Under the pieces are notes generated by a model. It had not been told where the DNA came from. It did not search any database and saw only the letters and a program-made list of their open reading frames with translations. DNA of 64,000 nucleotides from Microcoleus sp. (lineage in GTDB: Bacteria; Cyanobacteriota; Cyanobacteriia; Cyanobacteriales; Microcoleaceae). Below are positions 1 to 9,717 of this stretch, piece after piece (within the stretch, counting starts at the first letter, position 1; every line of letters starts with the position of its first letter). The stretch lies in the NCBI GenBank assembly GCA_042408215.1, contig JAYFMW010000030.1, positions 608,001-672,000 on the forward strand, given 5' to 3'. The position numbers and the translations under genes were made by a program.

Positions 1-407
<407 letters not shown>

Positions 408-595
408 TTAATCATTCTACCGGTGTTGTGGCACAGAAACTTGTGTAAACTACCCGACACTGACCGCTTAGGCCTTACAGCACGGGCTTTCAGCAACCCT
501 CAAAACGACATCTGGCTTCAAAAAAATCTAGTGTCCAATTGAAATAAAATTGCGATCGGTATATTAACCAGCCCTAGCAAACCAGAAAATCAAAA

Positions 596-1642
596 ATGTT
601 AGAGTTCGATCGACTATTCCAAACGATCGCAGAATTAGTCATGCTGCATTCGCCCAGCGGTGTGGAGTCAGAAATTAACCAGCGGTTGATGGAAAAATTC
701 GCCGCCCTGGGTGTGAATGCTTGGTTGGATCGCGCGGATAATGCGATCGCCCTAATTCCGGGCCGCAATCGGCAAAAGTCGATCGCCATTACCGCCCACA
801 AAGACGAAATAGGCGCGATCGTCAAAACCATCGGTGACTACGGGCGCGTCGAAGTTCGCAAATTGGGCGGCGCGTTTCCCTGGGTGTACGGCGAAGGCGT
901 TGTCGATTTGTTGGGCGACAAACAAACAATTAGCGGCATTCTCAGCTTCGGGAGTCGCCACGTATCCCACGAATCACCCCAAAAAGCTCAGCAGGAAAAA
1001 ACTCCGCTGAATTGGGAAAATGCCTGGATTGAAACTAAGTGTACCGCCGAGGAATTAGCCGAGGCCGGAATTCGGCCGGGAACGCGGATGGTGGTCGGAA
1101 AGCACCGCAAACAGCCCATCCGCTTGAAAGATTGGATCGCAAGCTACACCCTCGACAACAAGGCTTCAGTCGCGATTTTGCTGGGTTTGGCCCAATGTTT
1201 GAAAGAGCCTGCGGTGAATGTTTATTTGGTGGCTTCGGCGAAGGAGGAGGTTGGGGCGATCGGCGCTTTGTATTTCACCCAGCGGCAGCCGTTGGACGCG
1301 CTGATTGCTTTGGAAATTTGCCCCCTGGCTCCAGAATATCCGATCGCAGACGGCGATCGCCCGGTGTTGCTGGTTCAGGACGGCTACGGGATTTACGATG
1401 AAGGGTTAAACGGGGAATTGCGCGCCGCAGCTATTCGCGCGGGCGTGGAGGTGCAGTTGGCGACTATTAGCGGTTTTGGTAGCGACGCTTCGATCGCCAT
1501 GAAGTTCGGCCATGTCGCCCGCGCCGCTTGTTTAGCTTTCCCCACCCAGAATACCCACGGTTTCGAGATTGCTCACTTGGGGGCGATCGACAATTGCGCT
1601 CGTATCCTCAAAGCTTACTGCAACGAGCTTTCGGACGAATAG
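596..1642 (+). CDS. M42 family metallopeptidase (aminopeptidase/endoglucanase-like)
   Basis: HSPSGVE, TAHKDEIG, TLDNKAS, KEEVG and NTHGFE motifs. Confidence 0.88.
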   Translation: MLEFDRLFQTIAELVMLHSPSGVESEINQRLMEKFAALGVNAWLDRADNAIALIPGRNRQKSIAITAHKDEIGAIVKTIGDYGRVEVRKLGGAFPWVYGEGVVDLLGDKQTISGILSFGSRHVSHESPQKAQQEKTPLNWENAWIETKCTAEELAEAGIRPGTRMVVGKHRKQPIRLKDWIASYTLDNKASVAILLGLAQCLKEPAVNVYLVASAKEEVGAIGALYFTQRQPLDALIALEICPLAPEYPIADGDRPVLLVQDGYGIYDEGLNGELRAAAIRAGVEVQLATISGFGSDASIAMKFGHVARAACLAFPTQNTHGFEIAHLGAIDNCARILKAYCNELSDE

Positions 1643-1664
1643 AAAAAAAACTTTCCAAAAGTAG

Positions 1665-1693
1665 TTGACAGATTGGAAAAAATTAGTTATGGT
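1665..1693 (+). promoter_or_regulatory. Sigma70-type promoter of tRNA-Glu
   Basis: TTGACA (1665-1670), 17-bp spacer, TATGGT (1688-1693), about 30 nt upstream of the tRNA. Confidence 0.7.
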
Positions 1694-1722
1694 ATTAAAG
1701 GTGCGAAACAAACAAGCCACGC

Positions 1723-1795
1723 GCCCCCATCGTCTAGAGGCCTAGGACACATCCCTTTCACGGATGCGACGGGGATTCGAATTCCCCTGGGGGTA
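1723..1795 (+). tRNA. trnE: tRNA-Glu (anticodon TTC)
   Basis: GCCCCCATCGTCTAGAGGCCTAGGACAC...CTTTCAC...GGGGATTCGAATTCCCCTGGGGGTA; cloverleaf with TTC anticodon and TTCGA T-loop; CCA not encoded. Confidence 0.97.
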
Positions 1796-1938
1796 TTGAA
1801 AATTTAACTCCGATATCAAAATGATATCAAGCAACTGTGGGGTTGGCATATTGCCAGCCCTTCTTGCTAGGTATAATTTTTGCTTTTGGGGTTCGGCAGA
1901 AACTTAGTCTTTGGTTAGACATTTCCAATCCGCAGTCA

Positions 1939-2130
1939 TTGGTGCAACTTAAGACTTAAATTCATGATAAATCTCGCTCGTAGTCGAGTCTAGATCCCCC
2001 TAAATCCCCCTTAAGAAGGGGGACTTTGAGTGCTTCTTGTCCCCCCGATGTTTTGGGGAGTAGGGGTTGACTTTGAGTGCTTCTTGTCCCACCCCCTACT
2101 CCCCTTATTAAGGGGGGTTAGGGGGGATCG
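1939..2130. repeat. Cyanobacterial REP/MITE-like element (ATCCCCCTAAATCCCCCTTAAGAAGGGGGACTT family)
   Basis: Same core recurs at ~10441, ~20337 and ~50737. Confidence 0.75.
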
Positions 2131-2240
2131 AGAGGACTGTAGAAGAAAGACATGATTAAGGGCGCAAATCTTTTTCTCAATAGGTCAACCTATAAATAGC
2201 CGACTTCTTTAATAAGTCGGGTATCGGGGTATTCTTTTTT

Positions 2241-2568
2241 TTATGCTTGGGAGTTAGAGAGAAGAATCTGCAAGCGTTCTCGCACAGAACATGACATTTG
2301 ATAGAAAGAACTCCACTCGACAAAATCGATATCATCTCCTAATTCTCCCGCCCTAAATTTTTGGTAAAACTCAAGGTATGGCATTTTATACTGGGTTTCA
2401 AATTGTTGTAAATCTGTTTCTAGTTCTGCGGCTTGTTGTTGAGCAATGGCAATTTCGTGGGCGATGATTTTGGAGAGTGAAAGTTCTAGGAATTCACTGA
2501 CTTCGCCTCGGTTATAGAGTGCTTCTAAAATTTTGAGTTGTTCGAGAATTTGATTTTTTGGTGGCCAT
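2241..2568 (-). pseudogene. Frameshifted small antitoxin-like hypothetical protein (~108 aa if repaired)
   Basis: Removing one A from the A6 run after ATG GCC ACC gives MATKNQILEQLKILEALYNRGEVSEFLELSLSKIIAHE...GELGDDIDFVEWSSFYQM...QA*. Confidence 0.6.
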
Positions 2569-2619
2569 AATCAATGTGTTTATATTTTGGCTTGAGTTGA
2601 GTTTAACCTAATTTAATGG

Positions 2620-3236
2620 TAAAAAACCCGGTTTCTTTAGTTGGCTGGTAGCCAGAAACCGGGTTTTTTTACGAAATACTTGGTTGTCACCCGCAGATTA
2701 GGTAAAAACCCGGTTTCTTTAGTTGGCGGGTAGCCAGAAACCGGGTTTTTTTACGAAATACTTCGTCGCCACCGGTAGATTCAGTAAAAAACCCGGTTTC
2801 TTTAGTTGGCTGGTAGCCAGAAACCGGGTTTTTGTCGAAAAATCCCCCATCAAAACCCGCAGATTAGGTAAAAACCCGGTTTCTTTAGTTGGCGGGTAGC
2901 CAGAAACCGGGTTTTTGTCGAAATACTTGGTTGTCACCAGCAGATTCGGTAAAAAACCCGGTTTCTTTAGTTGGCGGGTAGCCAGAAACCGGGTTTTTTT
3001 ACGAAATACTTCGTCGCCACCGGTAGATTCAGTAAAAAACCCGGTTTCTTTAGTTGGCTGGTAGCCAGAAACCGGGTTTTTGTCGAAAAATCCCCCATCA
3101 AAACCCGCAGATTAGGTAAAAACCCGGTTTCTTTAGTTGGCGGGTAGCCAGAAACCGGGTTTTTGTCGAAATACTTGGTTGTCACCAGCAGATTCGGTAA
3201 AAAACCCGGTTTCTTTGTCGGAGTGCGTAAGTCCTG
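2620..3236. repeat. Tandem array of AAAAACCCGGTTTCT/AGAAACCGGGTTTTT palindromic repeats with an exact 248-bp higher-order duplication
   Basis: Two identical 72-aa ORFs offset by 248 bp (2719, 2967); ends in GTCGGAGTGCGTAAGTCCTG; family recurs at ~43710, ~49275 and ~57977. Confidence 0.9.
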
Positions 3237-3316
3237 TTACTGATTCATCTTATTGCTTTTTAGAGGCGGAACAGCTTATTGTAATTAGCAATTAGAGAAA
3301 ATTTAAGTAACCAGCC

Positions 3317-4744
3317 ATGCTGATGAGCCAGTGTCTAAACCCTGATTGTCTCAACCAAAACCCATCCGGTACTAACTTCTGTCATAAATGTGGAAATAAA
3401 CTGCTATTGGGCGATCGCTACCGAGCCCAAAAAATTATTGGACAAGGGGGATTTGGGCGCACTTTTCTGGCTATTGACGAGTATAAACCCTCAAAACCTC
3501 CTTGCGTTATTAAACAATTTTATCCTCAATTTCAAGGCACTTCTAGTATCCAGAAAGCTGCTGAGTTATTTGAGCTTGAAGCAGTACGCCTAGAACAGTT
3601 GGGTAAACATTCTCAAATTCCCGAATTATTAGCATATTTTAGTCAAGATGAACGGCAGTATTTAGTCCAAGAATTCATCGACGGTGAAAATTTAGCCAAA
3701 ACACTAGAAACTAAGGGATATTTTAGCGAAACGCAGATTCGTGACTTGCTTAAGAATTTATTGCCAGTGTTTGAGTTCATTCACTCTCGCCAAGTCATTC
3801 ACCGAGATATCAAGCTAGAAAATATTATTTTGAGGTCAAATCGTGAATTAGTTTTAGTTGACTTTGGCGCGGCAAAATATGCGACTCAAACAGCTTTAGC
3901 GGTAACGGGAACAATAATCGGAAGTGCTGGATATACAGCACCGGAACAAGCAGCAGGGAAAGCTATTTATGCTAGTGATATTTATAGTTTAGGTGTGACT
4001 TGTCTATGTCTGTTAACTCAAGTTGAACCGCTTGAATTATTCGATGTGAGCGAGTTTGAGTGGGTGTGGCGAGAACACTTAAAAACGTCTGTTAGTTCAG
4101 AATTGGGTCAGATTTTAGATAAAATGATTCAACCTGCTATTAAGAAACGTTATCAATCTGCTACTGAAGTGTTGCAGGCTATTGCTTCTCAATCACCTCA
4201 ACCATCACCTCAAGTATCTCCTCCGCCACCAGACTCCCTGAAATCAGCGCGGGGTGTTGACTATACTCGTCTCCGGGATTTATTGGCCACAGGGGAGTGG
4301 AAAGAAGCGGATGAGGAAACACTCAAGGTGATGTTAAAAGCTGCTAGACGGGAGAAGGAAAGCTATTTTAATAGGGAATCGATCGAGAATTTTCCTTGCG
4401 ATGATTTGCGGACGATCGACCAATTGTGGGTAAAATACAGTCAGGGTCACTTTGGCTTTAGCGTCCAGAAAAAAATCTGGTTGGAAGTAGGCGGTAAAGT
4501 TGATTATGATACAGAATGCAAGTTGGGCGATCGTGTCGGTTGGCGAAAGAGGAGAAAGGGGAGGAAAGATTGGTTGAAGTACGATGACCTGACGTTTAAT
4601 CTAAAGCAAGCACCACGGGGACACCTCCCGTCGTGTGCGCGTGTGTTTGCGTGGGAGGGAGGAGGATTGGGTTGGGTTGTTGGGGTGTTGGGGTGGTTGG
4701 GGTTGGTTGTGTGGTTCTCTCTTCTCTCGCATCGAGAACTGTAA
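3317..4744 (+). CDS. Ser/Thr protein kinase (N-terminal 4-Cys motif) fused to a C-terminal GUN4 domain
   Basis: CLNPDC..FCHKCG; GQGGFGRT, HRDIKLEN, VDFG, GYTAPEQ; GUN4 motifs GVDYTRLRDLLA..WKEADEET, FPCDDLRTIDQLWVKYS.GHFGFSVQK, APRGHLP. Confidence 0.93.
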   Translation: MLMSQCLNPDCLNQNPSGTNFCHKCGNKLLLGDRYRAQKIIGQGGFGRTFLAIDEYKPSKPPCVIKQFYPQFQGTSSIQKAAELFELEAVRLEQLGKHSQIPELLAYFSQDERQYLVQEFIDGENLAKTLETKGYFSETQIRDLLKNLLPVFEFIHSRQVIHRDIKLENIILRSNRELVLVDFGAAKYATQTALAVTGTIIGSAGYTAPEQAAGKAIYASDIYSLGVTCLCLLTQVEPLELFDVSEFEWVWREHLKTSVSSELGQILDKMIQPAIKKRYQSATEVLQAIASQSPQPSPQVSPPPPDSLKSARGVDYTRLRDLLATGEWKEADEETLKVMLKAARREKESYFNRESIENFPCDDLRTIDQLWVKYSQGHFGFSVQKKIWLEVGGKVDYDTECKLGDRVGWRKRRKGRKDWLKYDDLTFNLKQAPRGHLPSCARVFAWEGGGLGWVVGVLGWLGLVVWFSLLSHREL

Positions 4745-4856
4745 GCTGTAATCTCTAGCGATTTCAGCCCTTTGTCAAGTCTTTTTTCTCGAACCTTTTT
4801 CTACGAAGTTATCGGCTTTTGGTCATTTCATTACCTGCTACTTAAATTAATAATCA

Positions 4857-5111
4857 ATGCCAATAAAAGTCAGAGATATAATTAAACAACTAGAGGCAGA
4901 CGGTTGGTATCTAGCTAGAACACGAGGGAGTCACCGCCAGTACAAACATCCTACCAAATCAGGTTTAGTTACAGTTCCGGGTAAACTATCTGACGATTTG
5001 GCTCCTGGTACATCCAATAATATTCTCAAACAAGCTCAATTCAAAGAAGTTAAAGAGCAACAAAAACCTAACGAAGTCGAAACCAATCATCAAGATGAGG
5101 ATCTCAACTAA
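4857..5111 (+). CDS. hicA: HicA family mRNA interferase toxin
   Basis: DGWYLARTRGSHRQYKHPTKSGLVTVPG motif; coupled to hicB. Confidence 0.9.
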   Translation: MPIKVRDIIKQLEADGWYLARTRGSHRQYKHPTKSGLVTVPGKLSDDLAPGTSNNILKQAQFKEVKEQQKPNEVETNHQDEDLN

Positions 5112-5320
5112 TGCGTTATGCCATTGTCATTGAAAAAACACCCAATAACTATTCAGCATATCCACCAGATTTACCCGGATGTGCAGCCACAGGCGCTACC
5201 CTTGCGGAAGTACAGCAACAAATTCAAGAAGCGATCGAATTTCACTTAGAAGGATTGCGAGAAGAGGGTTTACCGATTCCCGAAGCAACTACACTTTGTG
5301 AATATGTAGAAGCAATGTAG
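5111..5320 (+). CDS. hicB: HicB family antitoxin
   Basis: YAIVIEK..NNYSAY.PDLPGCAATGAT.AEV...I.EAIEFHLEGLREEG. Confidence 0.9.
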   Translation: MRYAIVIEKTPNNYSAYPPDLPGCAATGATLAEVQQQIQEAIEFHLEGLREEGLPIPEATTLCEYVEAM

Positions 5321-5356
5321 CGTTAATACACCAATATTTGTCAAACGACAACTATA

Positions 5357-5720
5357 TCATTCCAAATCCGCAAGAGCAACTTTCAAGCAAGCACGAACCT
5401 CCTTCCAATCGCGTTCCGACAAATGACCAATTAGAACTAAATTGGAAGATGGCGGTAGAGTCACAATAAAACTGCGAAAAACTGAAGCGACTCGTAAACC
5501 TGCTGCGGCCCAATCTTGGAGAATATAATCAGTTGAACCTAAAGCAGTTGTCTGTGTAGTAATGAGTCCAGCTATTACATCAGAGCGGATTGTGTTATAT
5601 AGCAATCCTAAATCATTTGTGAATTTCTTACTCCCTCCCCTTAATAAGGGGAGGGTTGGGGTGGGGTAAAAAACTTTACGACTCCTGCAAGGATTGCTAT
5701 ATATAACTGATGATAGAATT
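5357..5720 (-). pseudogene. PemK/MazF family toxin, N-terminally deleted and interrupted by a MITE
   Basis: ILSSVI|YNTIRSDVIAGLITTQ...DWAAAGLRVASVFRS; the frame rejoins after removing 5598-5701; N-terminus missing at the junction with the antitoxin stop. Confidence 0.7.
5598..5701. mobile_element. MITE-like element with TATAGCAATCCT terminal inverted repeats
   Basis: TATAGCAATCCT...AGGATTGCTATA inserted in the toxin ORF. Confidence 0.75.
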
Positions 5721-5937
5721 ACATCTCCTCGTTTTCAGGAAAAAGGGCGGTGGCGTACTGCAAAGAAAATGTGGTAACATCAATTTTATCTTCTTCATTC
5801 CAAGTCTCACTTTCATCGACGATAGATAGATTTTGCTGCACCAAATCGTTGAGAATAAGAGTTGCCAAGCGTAATCTATCGGTTGGCGAAAGGGTAGAGA
5901 GAACGCGATCGTAAACTTCTCGAACAGTAGTTGACAT
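5719..5937 (-). CDS. Small putative antitoxin (partner of the PemK-like toxin)
   Basis: 72 aa, LSPTDRLRLATLILNDL...W.EED; directly upstream of the toxin remnant. Confidence 0.65.
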   Translation of the reverse strand: MSTTVREVYDRVLSTLSPTDRLRLATLILNDLVQQNLSIVDESETWNEEDKIDVTTFSLQYATALFPENEEM

Positions 5938-6057
5938 AGCAAATCCTCTTGCTTCTTATCTTGTGGAACACTTAGGGAAGATTGATTTTAGTATAGCTCA
6001 AAAATTTAATAAATTCATGCTATACTTAAATTCTAATTTTTCACCTCACATTCACCT

Positions 6058-6483
6058 ATGCCAACTTTAACATATCTTGGCACTCTCATCATTTCCACAC
6101 CAGAAACCTGTGGAAAACGCCCCCGCATCGCAGGGACTAGAATAACTGTTCAACGAATCGCCGTTTGGTACAAAATGGGGATGAAACCAGAAGAAATTAT
6201 TGCATAAATTCCCCACTTAAATTTAGCACAAGTTCATGCAGCATTAGCTTACTATAGCAATCCTAAATCATTCATGCAGATATGTAGGGGCGGTGCCCCC
6301 GTGCCCGCCCTCTCCGAGGGATTGGGCAACCACGGGGAGTAGGGGTCGGATTGCCCCTACAAGAATTATGAAAATGATTTAGGATTGCTATACTACGCCA
6401 ATAAACAGCAGATAGATGCTGATATTGCGACGGAAGACGCTGAGTGCGATCGCGTAGCCAATGAACACAAAGCGGGGAGTTAA
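6058..6483 (+). pseudogene. DUF433 antitoxin pseudogene (in-frame stop plus MITE insertion)
   Basis: MPTLTYLGTLIISTPETCGKRPRIAGTRITVQRIAVWYKMGMKPEEIIA*IPHLNLAQVHAALAY|YANKQQIDADIA... Confidence 0.8.
6253..6392. mobile_element. MITE-like element with TATAGCAATCCTAAATCAT terminal inverted repeats carrying a GTAG-type REP
   Basis: TIRs match the 5598-5701 element; internal GTAGGGGC...GCCCCTAC. Confidence 0.78.
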
Positions 6484-6547
6484 TCTTGAGCCAAAATCCC
6501 ATCTTCCACCCTCATCTCCTGTTATTTAATGATTAAAGCTAGGATGG

Positions 6548-8095
6548 TTGACACTCCCCGGTCTGAAGACGCGGGGATTCTTAAGGACAAACTTTGGGGG
6601 ATGAATCCGCCCAAAGTTTAATTCTTAAAGGGTTAGTCAGTAACCCGCTACCCACTCGCTCAATTATTGAGTCTATGGCTACTTTTGATTTCCTAATGAT
6701 GTTTGCCGCACCGTTAATATCTGCATTCAGAATTAATTTCTGAGCAGAACGGTACAAACCTCGTTTAATTCTTTTACCAGACGGTTGCCAATTGTCGGGT
6801 TTTTCACCGACTTTCACTGGCAACAAATCTCGGTCTAAAAAACTTGATTTTGAGGTGTAAGATTCGTCTTGCTCTACAAATCGCCAACCCCTTAAGTCAC
6901 ACTCTTGTTGTAATCTATCTTTAACTTTGGCGGTAGGGATTTGGACAAAGTTTTGGTGATTTTTGCCTCCCATATTAACTTCTTGCTTTTGTCCTTTATT
7001 CCAGCCAAAAACCAGGACATTGATTTGGTGATTTTCGCAATAATTTATGATGGTTCTAACTGCTTTGTTGACAGCATCTCTCATTCTTCTGGTGCGAGTT
7101 TCTGACAACTGTTGCAGTCTCTTTGACGAGAAACCTTTGGGTAATTTATGTATTGTGTGTTCTGATTGAATTCTCGCTTTTTCTTTGTTAAACCATTGGT
7201 TCCAAGACTTGAGTCTATGTCCATCAATAATGAATGGCTTACCATTACTAGAGACACAAGTTAACCAGTTATTGATGCCGTGATCGATACCCAGAACCCC
7301 TGTTACTTCCAAGCTGCAACTAGGGGCTTGTTCAGTCAGGGATTCGTGGACATATTCGACCCAGACCTCACCATTTCTAGGGATTAGCCTGAGTTCTTTA
7401 ATCTGGCAATCTTTCAGCCTTTCTGGTAAAGTCACCCACAGAGCATCTGCCCCAAAGTGTTCTTTGCCTTTGGTTCCCAGAGGTAGCCTTACCCGATTGC
7501 CGACTATTTTCAAGGCTTGCCCAGGGTATGAAACTTGGTACATTGCTCCCTTGGTTCTGTACTTTGGCAATCTCGGTTTTTGATTAAGTTGCCCCTTTTT
7601 AGCCAGCCTTTCTAAGGCTCGGAAAGAACTAAAGGATTCAGCAACAGACTTCAGGGATTGTTGGGCGACCTGCGAGTAGAGTAGACCGTAATTTTCGTTG
7701 GGTTTGGCAATTTTGTACAGGTCTGGGTATTTAATTACGCCTTTGTCTTTAAAGTACCGTTGCCTACTTTCGTAAGTGCCGACATTAAATAGATTGTTTG
7801 ACCATCTGAGGATTTGCTCGACAATGGTTTTGTCAAGTCCCGTTAAATGCCAAACATCTTTTTGTACTGCGTACATTTAACTTACTGGCTATGGTGACAC
7901 TAGGTTTAGTATATATCGTGAATTAACAAGTTAATTAATACTCCACAAATCTTTACCTTTGTCTCAATTGCTAGAAGTATTTGTCCGGGGACGGTTAAAC
8001 ATTATGTTATATTGAAACTTACGAACAGGCAGGATAAATCCTGCCACGCCCTTTCATCCCTGGACTAAAGTCACAGGGTTTTCAGGGTATTTCTT
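6548..8095 (-). mobile_element. IS200/IS605-family (IS1341-like, TnpB-only) element
   Basis: Right end GAATCCCCGCGTCTTCAGACCGGGGAGTGTCAA and left-end hairpin shared with the copy at 60758-62204; TTTAT immediately 5' of the left end. Confidence 0.85.
6581..7876 (-). CDS. tnpB: RNA-guided endonuclease TnpB
   Basis: GIDHGINN, QDESYTSK, LNADINGAANI RuvC motifs. Confidence 0.93.
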   Translation of the reverse strand: MYAVQKDVWHLTGLDKTIVEQILRWSNNLFNVGTYESRQRYFKDKGVIKYPDLYKIAKPNENYGLLYSQVAQQSLKSVAESFSSFRALERLAKKGQLNQKPRLPKYRTKGAMYQVSYPGQALKIVGNRVRLPLGTKGKEHFGADALWVTLPERLKDCQIKELRLIPRNGEVWVEYVHESLTEQAPSCSLEVTGVLGIDHGINNWLTCVSSNGKPFIIDGHRLKSWNQWFNKEKARIQSEHTIHKLPKGFSSKRLQQLSETRTRRMRDAVNKAVRTIINYCENHQINVLVFGWNKGQKQEVNMGGKNHQNFVQIPTAKVKDRLQQECDLRGWRFVEQDESYTSKSSFLDRDLLPVKVGEKPDNWQPSGKRIKRGLYRSAQKLILNADINGAANIIRKSKVAIDSIIERVGSGLLTNPLRIKLWADSSPKVCP

Positions 8096-8149
8096 ATAAA
8101 ACTCCACCCTAGCCAACAATATCTACAGTCCCCAGTCCACTTCTAATAT

Positions 8150-8870
8150 TTAGCCAGCAGGTGGCACTATAAGACGACTGAGTATATCTTGATCTCTAAT
8201 TTGAGGATTGGAGACATTTAGATCGAAATCCCTACCTATCTCACCTCCATACTGCCAAAGTAGCACTGGTACACCAGGAATAGATGTTGCTGGCGAAGCA
8301 TCTGCTGAGTTAAAGTTGAGTTTCGGCGAACTGGGTTCTCTAAAACGATTTCCGTAGTTAGCAATCCATAATCCATTACACTTAGCTCCCATTACGGATA
8401 GCTGAATTCAAAGCTTCAGAAGTTGTAGAATCCCCTGCATTTAGATAGACGCAAGGAAGAAGCTTTACCTTACTACTCAAGCTACGCACTGCTGTTGACC
8501 AACCTAAGTAATAGTCTGTCGAAAGTGGAGTGTCAGATTCTACGTCTAGAAATATGTAGTATTCACCTCCCTGTGATTTAAGGTAGTCCTCTCCAAAGCT
8601 AAAAACAACATCTTTTGCTTGATCGGTGCCATCCCGTAGCCCTTCGTTCTTGCCAAGTCCTACTTGGGTAGTGTACCTACCAATAGGCAAAACTCGAATC
8701 CCCGCCAGGTGTAATGGAGGATTTTCTTTACGGAAATATTCACCATCTCCCTGATAATCAATCCCGCTAAAATAGCGTCCCCAAAACAGAGGTTTTGTGC
8801 CCAGTACATCAGTCGAATCTTGAATATCTCTGGGCTGAGTTACGCGAAACAAAGTGTCTACACCGTACAT
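8150..8870 (-). pseudogene. DUF1906/GH25-like glycoside hydrolase (putative peptidoglycan hydrolase), split by a 1-nt frameshift
   Basis: MYGVDT..FWGRYF..YIFLDVE..PCVY (8382-8870) continues into GLWIANY..LLWQYG..DFDLN (8150-8392); extra G in AATGGGAGC at ~8389. Confidence 0.7.
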
Positions 8871-8940
8871 TTATTTAGTTCTCCTTAATCATGGATTTTC
8901 ATCAAAAACAGTCTGCCACCCTTACAAACAACTTGAGGCG

Positions 8941-9531
8941 TTATTTAGAAACTCTATGTAGCCACATTGTTGCAGTAGATTCGATGTTGCTACTATCCCA
9001 GGTGTCATAAAATTCAAAAGCTTGATCCAAGCTAAAAGCATTGCCAGCGGAAGATATTAACCTGCGACTGTATAGTTTATTTTCACCTTTGTTATCTGGT
9101 GAGGATGGTGAATTCTTAAGATACCCATCGTAGAACCATTCTCCTGTGGGATCGTTTACAAAAAAATCACCGTTTTTGTGATAACCACGAATAACTAAAA
9201 TGTGCCCCGAAGCCGTCCAATAGCCATGCAATATACATATTTTCCCAGAATCAAGAGAGCGAGTAATGTTTGAAAGACTTCCGTTCAGTGTCAAATCATC
9301 TCTTAACCCTAAACCTTCTAACAACATCCTAATTCCATCGGGAGCACCGTGATCTATGCCAAGTCTATCAAAACGTTTTTTAACATCATCTTCGTACTGT
9401 GGGAAGGAACCTAAATCTGGAACCTTAAAATACTTCAAACACATTGCTGAACTTGTAGCACCGCAGGTGCGCCAAGGATCAATCTCGTTATCTTCTTGAC
9501 TGAAATACGGAACCTTATGATTAATAGCCAT
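8941..9531 (-). CDS. C39-like (papain-fold) peptidase
   Basis: VPYFSQEDN..CGATSSAMCLKY..GHILVIRGY..FFVNDP catalytic C/H/D pattern. Confidence 0.82.
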   Translation of the reverse strand: MAINHKVPYFSQEDNEIDPWRTCGATSSAMCLKYFKVPDLGSFPQYEDDVKKRFDRLGIDHGAPDGIRMLLEGLGLRDDLTLNGSLSNITRSLDSGKICILHGYWTASGHILVIRGYHKNGDFFVNDPTGEWFYDGYLKNSPSSPDNKGENKLYSRRLISSAGNAFSLDQAFEFYDTWDSSNIESTATMWLHRVSK

Positions 9532-9717
9532 AATTTACCCCAAGTAAGTACAGCTTGTTTTAAAAGCTGGTTATTAAATTGATAACCTTAACCCGATCGC
9601 CCTGTCGGTGAGAAAAAGTGAGCGATCTTTGTAAAGTTTTTATAATGTTTCCTGAAAGGCTACTGGTAAGCGGGTTAGAAGCCTGTAAACCTAAAATAAT
9701 AGGTCAAGGTAGTAGCG

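Noticed and set aside
2719..3185. Two identical 72-aa ORFs
   Set aside because: Translations of a palindromic repeat duplication.
3317..4758. Complete classical DGR in the window
   Set aside because: No reverse transcriptase, Avd or template repeat was found; only the candidate variable region is present.
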